The notes beneath the pieces were generated by a model, which searched no databases, was not told where the DNA came from, and worked only from the letters and a program-made list of their open reading frames with translations. A program made the translations under genes and the position numbers. Of a stretch of 64,000 bases of DNA, positions 45,439-53,589 are shown piece after piece. Position 1 is the stretch's first letter; every line of letters starts with the position of its first letter. Source of the DNA: Bacteroidota bacterium (GTDB lineage: Bacteria; Bacteroidota; Bacteroidia; Palsa-965); the NCBI GenBank assembly GCA_013288325.1, contig JABDCB010000004.1:4485-68484 (forward strand), in the 5' to 3' direction.

Positions 45439-45908
45439 CAATCTCCTTTATGATGAAAAATTTACTTCTTCCCCTGCTGCTTCTTTTCACCTTACCTGCT
45501 GTTGCACAGCAACGACCAGGTGCTCGCGAGAAAATAGAAACGATGAAAATCGCTTATATCACTACTGCTTTAAATCTTACGGAACTGGAAGCTCAGCAAT
45601 TCTGGCCCGTTTATAACGAAGCCGAAGTAAAAAGAAGAGAGCTTCGTAAATCCAGGATGACAGAACGCTTGGATGCTGCACAGAATTTTGAAACGATGAC
45701 AGACAAGGAAGCCGAAGTATTTATTGACAAAGAAATGGAGTTCAAACAAAAAGAACTTGATATCCAGAAGGAACTACATGTTAAGCTCAAAAAAGTACTG
45801 CCTGCAAAAAAGATAGCCCGTTTGTATAAGGCGGAAACCGATTTTCAACGTAAAGTACTTCAGGAACTGGAGCGAAAAAAAGAGAATGAAATGCCTCCGG
45901 GGCATTAA
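45435..45908 (+). CDS. periplasmic helical protein (Spy/CpxP-like by composition) of the ECF cluster
   Basis: Signal peptide (LLLLFTLPAVAQQ), highly charged helical sequence, 4-nt overlap with the upstream gene. Confidence 0.55.
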   Translation: MTISFMMKNLLLPLLLLFTLPAVAQQRPGAREKIETMKIAYITTALNLTELEAQQFWPVYNEAEVKRRELRKSRMTERLDAAQNFETMTDKEAEVFIDKEMEFKQKELDIQKELHVKLKKVLPAKKIARLYKAETDFQRKVLQELERKKENEMPPGH

Positions 45909-45930
45909 TACCGGACAGGGAATTAGCTCA

Positions 45931-47094
45931 TCAGCTCAAAAGGAAAAGCCTGTCCCAATCAGCAGGTATTTCAAAACCATATTCTGCGCTTAGTAATACA
46001 AGCCCAATACCGGCTATTCCCTCCAGCATCCCATATTCAGGCTGCCATCCCAGATCACCTTGCCAGGCCCTATAGCCAGCCAAACCGGATCCGTGAATAC
46101 GCATCTGTTTGGTCTGTTTAAGCCAGTAATATACTGACTTTAGAAACTCCGGCTCTCCTGTTGCTTCATAAAAACGAAAAAACATCTGACAGAGACCAGC
46201 TGATCCGTGACAAAAACCAGCATCGTATACCTGATCCAGCTTAAGATTCCTTCTTTTGCCGCATTCGGACATCAGACGAAAGCCCTTTTCCTGAATATCA
46301 TGCCAGCCAAACAGCTCACCTGCTTTCCAATGGGCTAAAGCAATTCCCATATCACCTATACACCAGGCCATACGCGTAAAGCCAGAAGCGGCAGGATAGA
46401 GATTACAAAAAGAAGAACGGGAATTTTCAATTTTGAAATATGAATACAAGCCTATCAACCGTTCACAAAGTATCTTGATTCTGATCCGCTCATAACCCGA
46501 CTTATACAGATGAATGAGTACCAACAACAGTCCTGAAATACCATGTGAAAGCGAAGAATTCAGATACCCCTCTGTAAAGCAATAAATTCCCTTTTCATCA
46601 TTAAACCGGGTAAATCCTATACGGCTGGTATTCATTCCATAAATGGGATACAATTCATCAATAAAAGCCCGAACGGAGTCCTGATGAAGACATCCTTCAC
46701 TTGACAAACACCAGATAATACCGGTAGCCCCATGTATAAAGTCGAAATTTTTTGCGTGCAAATATTCCGGTAAAAGATTCCGTATCATTCCCTCCAATTG
46801 CAGATACAGCTCATCTGCTGCATGACAAGCAGGTTTCATTTTCTTCAGACATTTAATCAGGTAATAAACTCCCGACAAACCGGATATAGAGCCTGAAATT
46901 GTTCCATGCTCATTAATACGCTTTACCAACAAAAAGATATCTTCTTCGGGGTCATATTTTTTTCCGGTAACCTGACTTAAATACAAATGGAAATAAATGG
47001 CTGAAGCCATTCCACCTAAAATATCATACCGGTTATCTTCAATACCAGAGGCTATCTTCATAGCCTTCTTCATCTCAAGAATCAATTCCGACAT
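45931..47094 (-). CDS. LanC-type lanthionine cyclase-like protein
   Basis: All three LanC hallmark motifs are present: SLSHGISGLL (acid/base His), MAWCIGDMGIA (Zn Cys) and GFCHGSAGL (Zn Cys-His), plus repeated GxxG helical-toroid repeats. Confidence 0.85.
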   Translation of the reverse strand: MSELILEMKKAMKIASGIEDNRYDILGGMASAIYFHLYLSQVTGKKYDPEEDIFLLVKRINEHGTISGSISGLSGVYYLIKCLKKMKPACHAADELYLQLEGMIRNLLPEYLHAKNFDFIHGATGIIWCLSSEGCLHQDSVRAFIDELYPIYGMNTSRIGFTRFNDEKGIYCFTEGYLNSSLSHGISGLLLVLIHLYKSGYERIRIKILCERLIGLYSYFKIENSRSSFCNLYPAASGFTRMAWCIGDMGIALAHWKAGELFGWHDIQEKGFRLMSECGKRRNLKLDQVYDAGFCHGSAGLCQMFFRFYEATGEPEFLKSVYYWLKQTKQMRIHGSGLAGYRAWQGDLGWQPEYGMLEGIAGIGLVLLSAEYGFEIPADWDRLFLLS

Positions 47095-47491
47095 AGGAGG
47101 ATACTATAAGTGATTTTAAATATGGAAAGGAAAAGAATGCCAAAAAACAAAAAAGGATGCAATTGTAAATAGTAACCAGAGGACCAAAAGAATAACAGAG
47201 ATTGATGAGAAAAATATTAGTCTGAATAGCCAAAGCGAGACAACTTCCGACAGATCTTAAACCTTTAAACAACAAACAAACTCCGGCCAGGAGCTGGAAA
47301 CATCCGACAATTTGAATATATAAAGGAGCCGCGCTGAAATAATAAAAGGTAAGAGCACGAAGTCCCATCGTGTCATTCAGAATGATAGGGTGAGTTTGAT
47401 TAAAATGTAAGCGGGCGATTTTCAGCAAACCGAAAAACAAAAAATTCAGTGCAATACAAAAACGCAATAATCTTCTTAGTCTCTTCCACAT
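47075..47491 (-). CDS. small polytopic membrane protein (about 4 TM; DoxX/MauE-like by composition, unverified)
   Basis: 138-aa hydrophobic ORF between the precursor and LanC genes. 20-nt overlap with the LanC start. Confidence 0.7.
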   Translation of the reverse strand: MWKRLRRLLRFCIALNFLFFGLLKIARLHFNQTHPIILNDTMGLRALTFYYFSAAPLYIQIVGCFQLLAGVCLLFKGLRSVGSCLALAIQTNIFLINLCYSFGPLVTIYNCILFCFLAFFSFPYLKSLIVSSYVGIDS

Positions 47492-47504
47492 ACCCTGTTA
47501 TTTA

Positions 47505-47540
47505 GAAGCCCCGGCTTTATAAACTCAATGCCGGGGCTTC
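47505..47540 (-). terminator. perfect 11-bp stem-loop between the precursor gene and the downstream maturation genes (attenuator or RNA-stabiliser candidate)
   Basis: GAAGCCCCGGC (47505-47515) pairs with GCCGGGGCTTC (47530-47540) around a 14-nt loop. It starts 7 nt after the precursor stop. No clear U-tract. Confidence 0.5.
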
Positions 47541-47546
47541 AGTCAT

Positions 47547-47765
47547 TTACTGCGCCCCACTTCCCCCGCACTGAGCCTCTGTATAGTTACAGATAGGCCC
47601 ATTGGTGCAACCTGTGGTGCAACGACAGCCAAGCGACCATACCTGCGAACCGATGGTTGTCCATTGCGCATCGCCTCCTCTTATCGCTCTCAGGCTTTCA
47701 TCTTCCAAACGAACGATGGTTTCTTTGTTCAAAGCTAACTTGCCTTTCTTTTTTTTGTCTTTCAT
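47547..47765 (-). CDS. RiPP precursor peptide with Bacteroidota-type double-glycine leader and Cys/Ser/Thr-rich core
   Basis: Leader MKDKKKKGKLALNKETIVRLEDESLRAIRGG. The 41-aa core DAQWTTIGSQVWSLGCRCTTGCTNGPICNYTEAQCGGSGAQ has 5 Cys and 9 Ser/Thr. Confidence 0.75.
   Translation of the reverse strand: MKDKKKKGKLALNKETIVRLEDESLRAIRGGDAQWTTIGSQVWSLGCRCTTGCTNGPICNYTEAQCGGSGAQ
47550..47672 (-). other. predicted core peptide (after GG cleavage)
   Basis: Residues 32-72 following IRGG. Confidence 0.6.
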
Positions 47766-47860
47766 TTTATGTTGGTTTTAGTTCTTAATAATTTCATTTC
47801 TGAAACAACATTAACAATACATTTCTGGGAAATAAAATATATTACTCATACTTCACCATA

Positions 47861-47893
47861 AGCCCTGTGAACACATTGGCTACCCTGACAATA
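47861..47893 (-). promoter_or_regulatory. candidate direct-repeat operator (AGCCCTGTGAACA / TACCCTGACAATA, 20-bp phase) upstream of the precursor gene
   Basis: CCCTG pentamers at 47863 and 47883, between the LytTR regulator stop and the precursor start. Weak similarity only. Confidence 0.2.
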
Positions 47894-47907
47894 AATTTTT
47901 TGGTTAA

Positions 47908-48627
47908 TCAAACAATCGTGAGCCTCTTCAGCAATTCTTCTTTGTAGGTAGCTCCAATAGGTATTACACGGGTTTTGTTTTGATAATTCAAAACAATCTC
48001 ATTTCCGGAAATTTCACGGATAGGATAAATAGAGATAATATAAGACTTATGAACCCGGATAAACTGTCCTTCCGGAAGAATCCGTTGCATCCCGGACATG
48101 GTCTTATACAAAGTAATATTCCCCTGATGGGTAGCAATAATCACATAGTTTCCTGCAGCTTCCACAAACAAGATATCCCTGTAAATAACCTTCACCTTTC
48201 GTCCGTCCATATCGGCAAAGAAAAACTCAGAATCAACGGATGTTGTTCTTTGCAAGGAGTTTTTAAGCCTATCCATACACACTTTAAATCGCTGGAAACT
48301 AACCGGCTTTAACAGATAATCCATCACTCCATGATCGTATCCGCTAAGTGCATATTTATCACAGTCAGAAACAAATACAAATACAGGCATATTCCTGCCG
48401 GCCTTGGTTTTCAGAGCAGCAATAAATTCCATTCCGTTCAAATACGGCATATGTACTTCCAGAAAAATCAGATCCGGTGTATACAATTCATAAGCAACCA
48501 AGGCTTCCCGCGGATCGGCAAAGGATGCTTTGAGATGGAGATCGGAGAACATACGTATATGTTCACGAAGCAAATGAATGGATGTTTCCTGCCCATCCAC
48601 TATCATACATGTGATTAAGGGTTTCAA
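47908..48627 (-). CDS. LytTR-family response regulator with Glu at the phospho-acceptor position
   Basis: The receiver aligns by eye to AlgR/AgrA. PDLIFLEVHMPYLNG has E57 where the conserved Asp sits; DD is replaced by DG (VDGQE); Ser/Lys (VSD, LLKPV) are retained. The C-terminal LytTR domain contains FIRVHKSYII. Confidence 0.88.
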   Translation of the reverse strand: MKPLITCMIVDGQETSIHLLREHIRMFSDLHLKASFADPREALVAYELYTPDLIFLEVHMPYLNGMEFIAALKTKAGRNMPVFVFVSDCDKYALSGYDHGVMDYLLKPVSFQRFKVCMDRLKNSLQRTTSVDSEFFFADMDGRKVKVIYRDILFVEAAGNYVIIATHQGNITLYKTMSGMQRILPEGQFIRVHKSYIISIYPIREISGNEIVLNYQNKTRVIPIGATYKEELLKRLTIV

Positions 48628-48718
48628 AACAGATTATTTTGAGAAAGTCCTGGAAGACTGTTTCCGATTAGCTGCACTTCATCTCACGCCTCCTTCGATA
48701 ATTGTGAATCAAAATTAG

Positions 48719-49747
48719 GTGTTCATTTATGGGTTTCCATATATATTATTCGAAATTGTTTTCAGCCGTGATGTACTTCGTGTTTTGACTGATGAAATAA
48801 TAACAGTTCCTTTATTTCCTATTTTATTGAGCTGGCATCTGGGATTTTCGTTTCCTATAAAGTACTTTAGCAGGTTTGCTTTGTATATACATCACCCCAC
48901 CTTTCTTTTTTATTATCTTCGATCCGTGTTCAAGTATATCACCCATACCTTCTATCAGACCTTTCTAAACGCCGAGCAGGAATCAACCGGTTATATACTG
49001 GCTAATGGAAAACGGTTTGATCGAAAATTATTGATCGTATGCCTTTTTACGGCTGTTTGTTTAACACTTATCCATTATTTCCAGGAAACCAGTTTTGCTT
49101 TTGAGTTTCTCAGAAATATAGGAGCGGACAGAATTGCAGACAGGCTGGAAGAAAGGCTTCATCATTCTGTTCATGCACAATTATGGCGACTGGCCTGGTG
49201 GGCGGGATTAATTGTCTTTTTCTACCTGTTGGTTCCCATTGCGGTAATACGTTTTGTATTTAAGGAGAAGCTGAGCGAATACGGACTTCGGCTGAGGGGG
49301 GCTTTTAAGGATATTCGCATCTATATACTCATGCTGGCAGTGATGATTCCCCTCGTACTCTTTTTTTCGGGCACCAAGAGTTTTCAGGCACGTTATCCTT
49401 TCTATGAGCTGAAACCGGGAGAGTCTTTAATACCCGATTTTATAATCTGGGAAGGGCTGTACTTTTTACAATTTTTTTCGCTTGAATTCTTTTTCCGCGG
49501 TTTCCTGTTACATGGATTAAAAAATCGCTTTGGCTTTTACAGTATTTTTGTCATGACCATTCCGTACTGTATGATTCATTTCGGAAAGCCTTTGCCGGAA
49601 ACACTGGCAGCCATCATTGCGGGGATTGTGCTGGGCATACTGAGTTTAAAAAGCCGCTCCGTGTTTCTGGGGGTACTTATCCACTATAGTGTTGCAATTA
49701 CCATGGATCTGTGCGCACTGTGGCAGAAAGGGTTTTGGAATCACTGA
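48719..49747 (+). CDS. CPBP-family (CAAX/Abi) intramembrane protease
   Basis: Motifs LEFFFRGF (ExxxR), CMIHFG (FxxxH-like) and IHYSVAITMD, with multiple TM helices. There is no ATG in the first ~200 codons, so the true start (GTG/TTG) is uncertain and probably lies downstream of 48719. Confidence 0.75.
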   Translation: MFIYGFPYILFEIVFSRDVLRVLTDEIITVPLFPILLSWHLGFSFPIKYFSRFALYIHHPTFLFYYLRSVFKYITHTFYQTFLNAEQESTGYILANGKRFDRKLLIVCLFTAVCLTLIHYFQETSFAFEFLRNIGADRIADRLEERLHHSVHAQLWRLAWWAGLIVFFYLLVPIAVIRFVFKEKLSEYGLRLRGAFKDIRIYILMLAVMIPLVLFFSGTKSFQARYPFYELKPGESLIPDFIIWEGLYFLQFFSLEFFFRGFLLHGLKNRFGFYSIFVMTIPYCMIHFGKPLPETLAAIIAGIVLGILSLKSRSVFLGVLIHYSVAITMDLCALWQKGFWNH

Positions 49748-49751
49748 TCAC

Positions 49752-51197
49752 TTACTCCATCAAGGCAATAAGATCAAGTAATTTTTCCAGTTTTTTCTTC
49801 GCATCCACCGGAGAGCCATCGTAATTATTGGCGATGAGCGAAAATGCCAGCAGGTCTCCGTTCTTTTTCGTTGCATAACCGGTATAACTTCTCACCCGTG
49901 TTATATAACCTCCTTTGGCTACCATGGTTGAATTGTATTCCGGAAGAGATTTGTAAAAAGCTTTGAAAGAAGGATCTTTGCTTATCACCCTTAAAATACT
50001 GGTAAACTGACGGGGAGTAATTGAGTTCCATCGCGACAAGCCGCAGCCGTCATTCATATAAAACCCTTTCAAATCAACTCCTTTGCCATTCCAAAACGAA
50101 ACAATGGCATCGGTACCGGCTCCCTCCGAACCATATCCTGTACGTCTGACGGCCAGTATCTTCATGATGGATTCAGCAAACAGATTCACACTTTTCTTGT
50201 TTGTCCACCAAACAATATCCGCTAAGCGGGGTGAATATTCTGAAAAAATAACCGTGCGGTGCTTTTTCTCGTCTTTATTACCGAGCCGGAGATCTCTCAG
50301 GTTACAGGGCTTTCCCAGGATCTGAATGCCGTTTCGTCTCAAAACGGAATCCACTTCATAGGCGCAGTAATATGCCGGATCGGGCATGGCTCCATCCACC
50401 TGAAAATCGTTTCGATGGGCGGGGATTGAGCCGGTTACAAAATGAAAATCATCATACGGCGCACCGTATATGTATGCATTGTCTTTTGTGCCGGCTGCTT
50501 TTACGTAGTTATATAACCGAAGTCTGGGGATGGAGGGATTCATTTTTGTAATCTTTACCGAATCACCGTCATTGCCGCTTTGAAAAAAGACACTGTATAG
50601 GTTATCTCTGTAATTCAGTCCTCCTGCTCCCGCTCCGTAATAATTTCCAAGATCGCCCCATATCCACGTTTCCGGTATGGTGTTGGAGTCATAAATTAAC
50701 GGATCGGCAATAACAGAGCCTTCTATCTTATGGATGCCTTTGGATTGAAGTTCTCTGGCCCATTTCCAGGCTACAGCAACGGTGTCCTTCTCTTTCAAAA
50801 AATATTTAGAACCCAGGGTAGGATCTCCATTACCTTTGATATACAGATTGCCATAGATAACCCCGTTGATCGTATCGAATACTCCGTCGTATTGAATTTT
50901 TGTTTCGAAGCGATAATTTTCTCCCAGGATGGATAAGGCAGCGGCAGTAGTAACCACTTTTAAGGAGCTGGCAGGAACCAGTCCCACGCCACTATTGTAT
51001 TCGGCAACCACCGAATCTTTCTTCACATCCAGCACGCAAAAACCCCATATCGCATGCTGAAAATCGGGATCGTCCTGAAGACGATACATTTCGGCCTTGA
51101 GATTATCCAATGCACTCAGTTTTGTATCCTGAGCCGTCAGTACCAATTTGGAAAGACAAAAAAAGAGCAGAAATCCTAAGCCAACCCTCATTTTCAT
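49752..51197 (-). CDS. dacB: D-alanyl-D-alanine carboxypeptidase/endopeptidase (PBP4, S13 family)
   Basis: Signal peptide, SxxK (ASSLKV), 481 aa with typical PBP4 layout. Confidence 0.88.
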   Translation of the reverse strand: MKMRVGLGFLLFFCLSKLVLTAQDTKLSALDNLKAEMYRLQDDPDFQHAIWGFCVLDVKKDSVVAEYNSGVGLVPASSLKVVTTAAALSILGENYRFETKIQYDGVFDTINGVIYGNLYIKGNGDPTLGSKYFLKEKDTVAVAWKWARELQSKGIHKIEGSVIADPLIYDSNTIPETWIWGDLGNYYGAGAGGLNYRDNLYSVFFQSGNDGDSVKITKMNPSIPRLRLYNYVKAAGTKDNAYIYGAPYDDFHFVTGSIPAHRNDFQVDGAMPDPAYYCAYEVDSVLRRNGIQILGKPCNLRDLRLGNKDEKKHRTVIFSEYSPRLADIVWWTNKKSVNLFAESIMKILAVRRTGYGSEGAGTDAIVSFWNGKGVDLKGFYMNDGCGLSRWNSITPRQFTSILRVISKDPSFKAFYKSLPEYNSTMVAKGGYITRVRSYTGYATKKNGDLLAFSLIANNYDGSPVDAKKKLEKLLDLIALME

Positions 51198-51436
51198 TTC
51201 ATCAGCTTATCAATGGCCGCAGCCAGTTTCCTGTCTTTATCAGTCACTGTATTACCCGCATCATGCGTGCTGAGGGAGATATGTACCTTATTATATACGT
51301 TTGTCCATTCCGGATGATGGTTCATCTTTTCAGCTATCAATGCCACCTGGGTCATAAATGCAAAAGCGGCAATGAAATCGCTAAAAACGAACTCTTTCTC
51401 CAAATGCTTATTTGTTTCTTTCCAGGCTGGTGACAT
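51194..51436 (-). CDS. 4a-hydroxytetrahydrobiopterin (pterin-4a-carbinolamine) dehydratase
   Basis: 80 aa with HHPEW...V...LSTHD. 4-nt overlap with dacB. Confidence 0.9.
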   Translation of the reverse strand: MSPAWKETNKHLEKEFVFSDFIAAFAFMTQVALIAEKMNHHPEWTNVYNKVHISLSTHDAGNTVTDKDRKLAAAIDKLMK

Positions 51437-51561
51437 GTGCGGGTTTATAGGTTGAAGACAAGAAGAGCAAAGCTATTCAGTCTGTTTTGACGATCTGCTT
51501 TATATCAAGTAAATATACTTACTTTTTTGGGAAAGAGGAAGGATGTAAAATGCGGAGCGCT

Positions 51562-52887
51562 TTACTCGCTGAGTTTTTCCCGATAAAGAAACTTTGTCTG
51601 TCCCGACTCAAAAGGGCGATAAACATAATAGACAAAACCATTTTCCGCTTTTATCCGGCTTACATAAGGATATTTAAGTCTGTATCCCGCATCGGTTTTT
51701 CCGGTTTGCAGATTAATATGTTTAATAAGATAGTATCCGTTTTTCTGGAGCAGCGCATACACCTTCCGGGTAGTTTGATCCTGAATAAGCTTATGTTTCC
51801 ATTCTCTCCAATCTTTCGGATGATGGTATGTAATGGGGATGGAATCGATGAGTGTTCCTGTTTTTTCAAACCGGAACAAACGATCGGTATAATGATCAAA
51901 TACGTATGCCGTATCTCTGGCTACAAACAAGGGTGCATAAAGGGGGGTATAGTGAATGCCTTTTGCAAATCCGGTCATATGTGCTGCAATAATTCTTTTG
52001 TCAATACCTGAACTGATTTCCATTTTACGGGCTGCAAGCCGATCGGCCGGTTTCAGAAAATCGAACTCCTCCTCATACATCTCCAGCAGGTCTTTATCCT
52101 TTATATATTTCAGTTTCTGAACACTGGTATCGCTGACATGATATTTAAACCAGCTGAAAGCAGGGTAATCCTTGTAATAATTGCTAAACAGAATATTACC
52201 CGGAATGGTATCCGCACAGGGCATTATTTCAGACTGGAATTGTTTAACCGGCAAGGATGCAAGAACCAGATGGTCCTGCCGGATCAGGATACGAAATATT
52301 TTTTCCTTGCCTATCACATTGATATAACCCTGAAAATCCTTGAATAATTCTACCGCTTCATCGGGTATATCGGCACTTGAAATTACATGCTGATCCTGGG
52401 TTACCAGTTTAACCTGTGCTTTTTTAAGACTGTTTTCAAAAGTGAGGAGGATAAAACGATCTCCGCAAAACTGGAAATCCTCCACAAAATAAGCCATATT
52501 GCCAAAAACAGTATCTACCTTTTGAGCATAGATAACCGCTGTGGGGGTTGTAATGGGTTTTGGTTTTAACATCACATCCATCAACAGGGTATCTTTGGAG
52601 GTGGTTGCTTTTGCAGTGCTGGGCCTCATTTCTACCGTTTCAAAACCAAGCAGACGAAACTCAATAGCACCTCCGCCTTCTCCTCCCAATGTCAAAAAAT
52701 AATGTCCTCCATACCCTGATTGTGTTACCTGACGGGTACCTTTTACATTGATAACCACCCCGTCTATTCCGGCACCTGTTTCTGCATTCAGAACACGTCC
52801 GGTAAGGGTCATCGTTTGCTGAGCCGGCAGAATCCGGCATAAAAACAAACTCACTAAGAAACACAAAAACGTTAAGCGATACGTCAT
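51562..52887 (-). CDS. secreted protein with N-terminal carboxypeptidase-regulatory-like (CarboxypepD_reg) domain
   Basis: Signal peptide, then LTGRVLNAETGAGIDGVVINVKG, typical of CarboxypepD_reg. The remainder is unrecognised. Confidence 0.7.
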   Translation of the reverse strand: MTYRLTFLCFLVSLFLCRILPAQQTMTLTGRVLNAETGAGIDGVVINVKGTRQVTQSGYGGHYFLTLGGEGGGAIEFRLLGFETVEMRPSTAKATTSKDTLLMDVMLKPKPITTPTAVIYAQKVDTVFGNMAYFVEDFQFCGDRFILLTFENSLKKAQVKLVTQDQHVISSADIPDEAVELFKDFQGYINVIGKEKIFRILIRQDHLVLASLPVKQFQSEIMPCADTIPGNILFSNYYKDYPAFSWFKYHVSDTSVQKLKYIKDKDLLEMYEEEFDFLKPADRLAARKMEISSGIDKRIIAAHMTGFAKGIHYTPLYAPLFVARDTAYVFDHYTDRLFRFEKTGTLIDSIPITYHHPKDWREWKHKLIQDQTTRKVYALLQKNGYYLIKHINLQTGKTDAGYRLKYPYVSRIKAENGFVYYVYRPFESGQTKFLYREKLSE

Positions 52888-52981
52888 GGAAGTGGATTGG
52901 CTCTGGTCCCTTTCAGGAAGGACGTCAAGACCGGGTAAATTTCATAAATTCTGCTGAAAAACTACTATCTTCATCCATAAC

Positions 52982-53497
52982 ATGCAGGATTACTACAAAA
53001 TATTGGGGCTGGAACCCGGTGCGGATGTAGAAAGTATACATAAAGCATACCGTCAACTCGCCAAAGTTTATCATCCTGACCTGAATGGCAGTGAACAGGC
53101 GAATGCCTATTTTATTCTCCTGAACGAGGCATACACCGTTCTCTCTGATGAAGGCAAAAGACTTTTATATGACAATCAATATAAAAGCTGGAAATCGAGA
53201 AAAGAGGATATAAGCCGGTTTCATTACGACTGGAACAGCGTTTATCACATTCAAAACTCAAAAAAGGGAGGCACGGTGCCTGGTCAGATCCTGCAACTTA
53301 TTTTTGGTTTGGAGATGTTCATTGGCTTTATGGAAGCTTTGCTGATATTGGGATATATCTTTATCGGCCCCCTTCACCCTGTTTATGCCGTTTTTTGCAT
53401 TCCGGGTGGCTTATGTGTGATAGACGGATGGAAAGGTATTCTTGGAAAAAAGAGTGTATTGGGAGGAATCATCAAGGCTATCCGGAAGATGATATAA
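52982..53497 (+). CDS. J-domain (DnaJ-like) membrane protein
   Basis: DYYKILGL...YRQLAKVYHPDLN (HPD motif). Two C-terminal TM helices. Confidence 0.85.
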   Translation: MQDYYKILGLEPGADVESIHKAYRQLAKVYHPDLNGSEQANAYFILLNEAYTVLSDEGKRLLYDNQYKSWKSRKEDISRFHYDWNSVYHIQNSKKGGTVPGQILQLIFGLEMFIGFMEALLILGYIFIGPLHPVYAVFCIPGGLCVIDGWKGILGKKSVLGGIIKAIRKMI

Positions 53498-53589
53498 ACC
53501 TGCCAGGTTGTTGGCACAGCCATTTCTATTTTTCTTTATATTCGCGTGGATTTTCACCTATGAAAAGAGTCATTTAAAACCGGAATTCT

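Noticed and set aside
51487-52011. 174-aa plus-strand ORF
   Set aside because: It overlaps the 3' part of the minus-strand CarboxypepD_reg-domain gene, which has a signal peptide and a recognisable domain.
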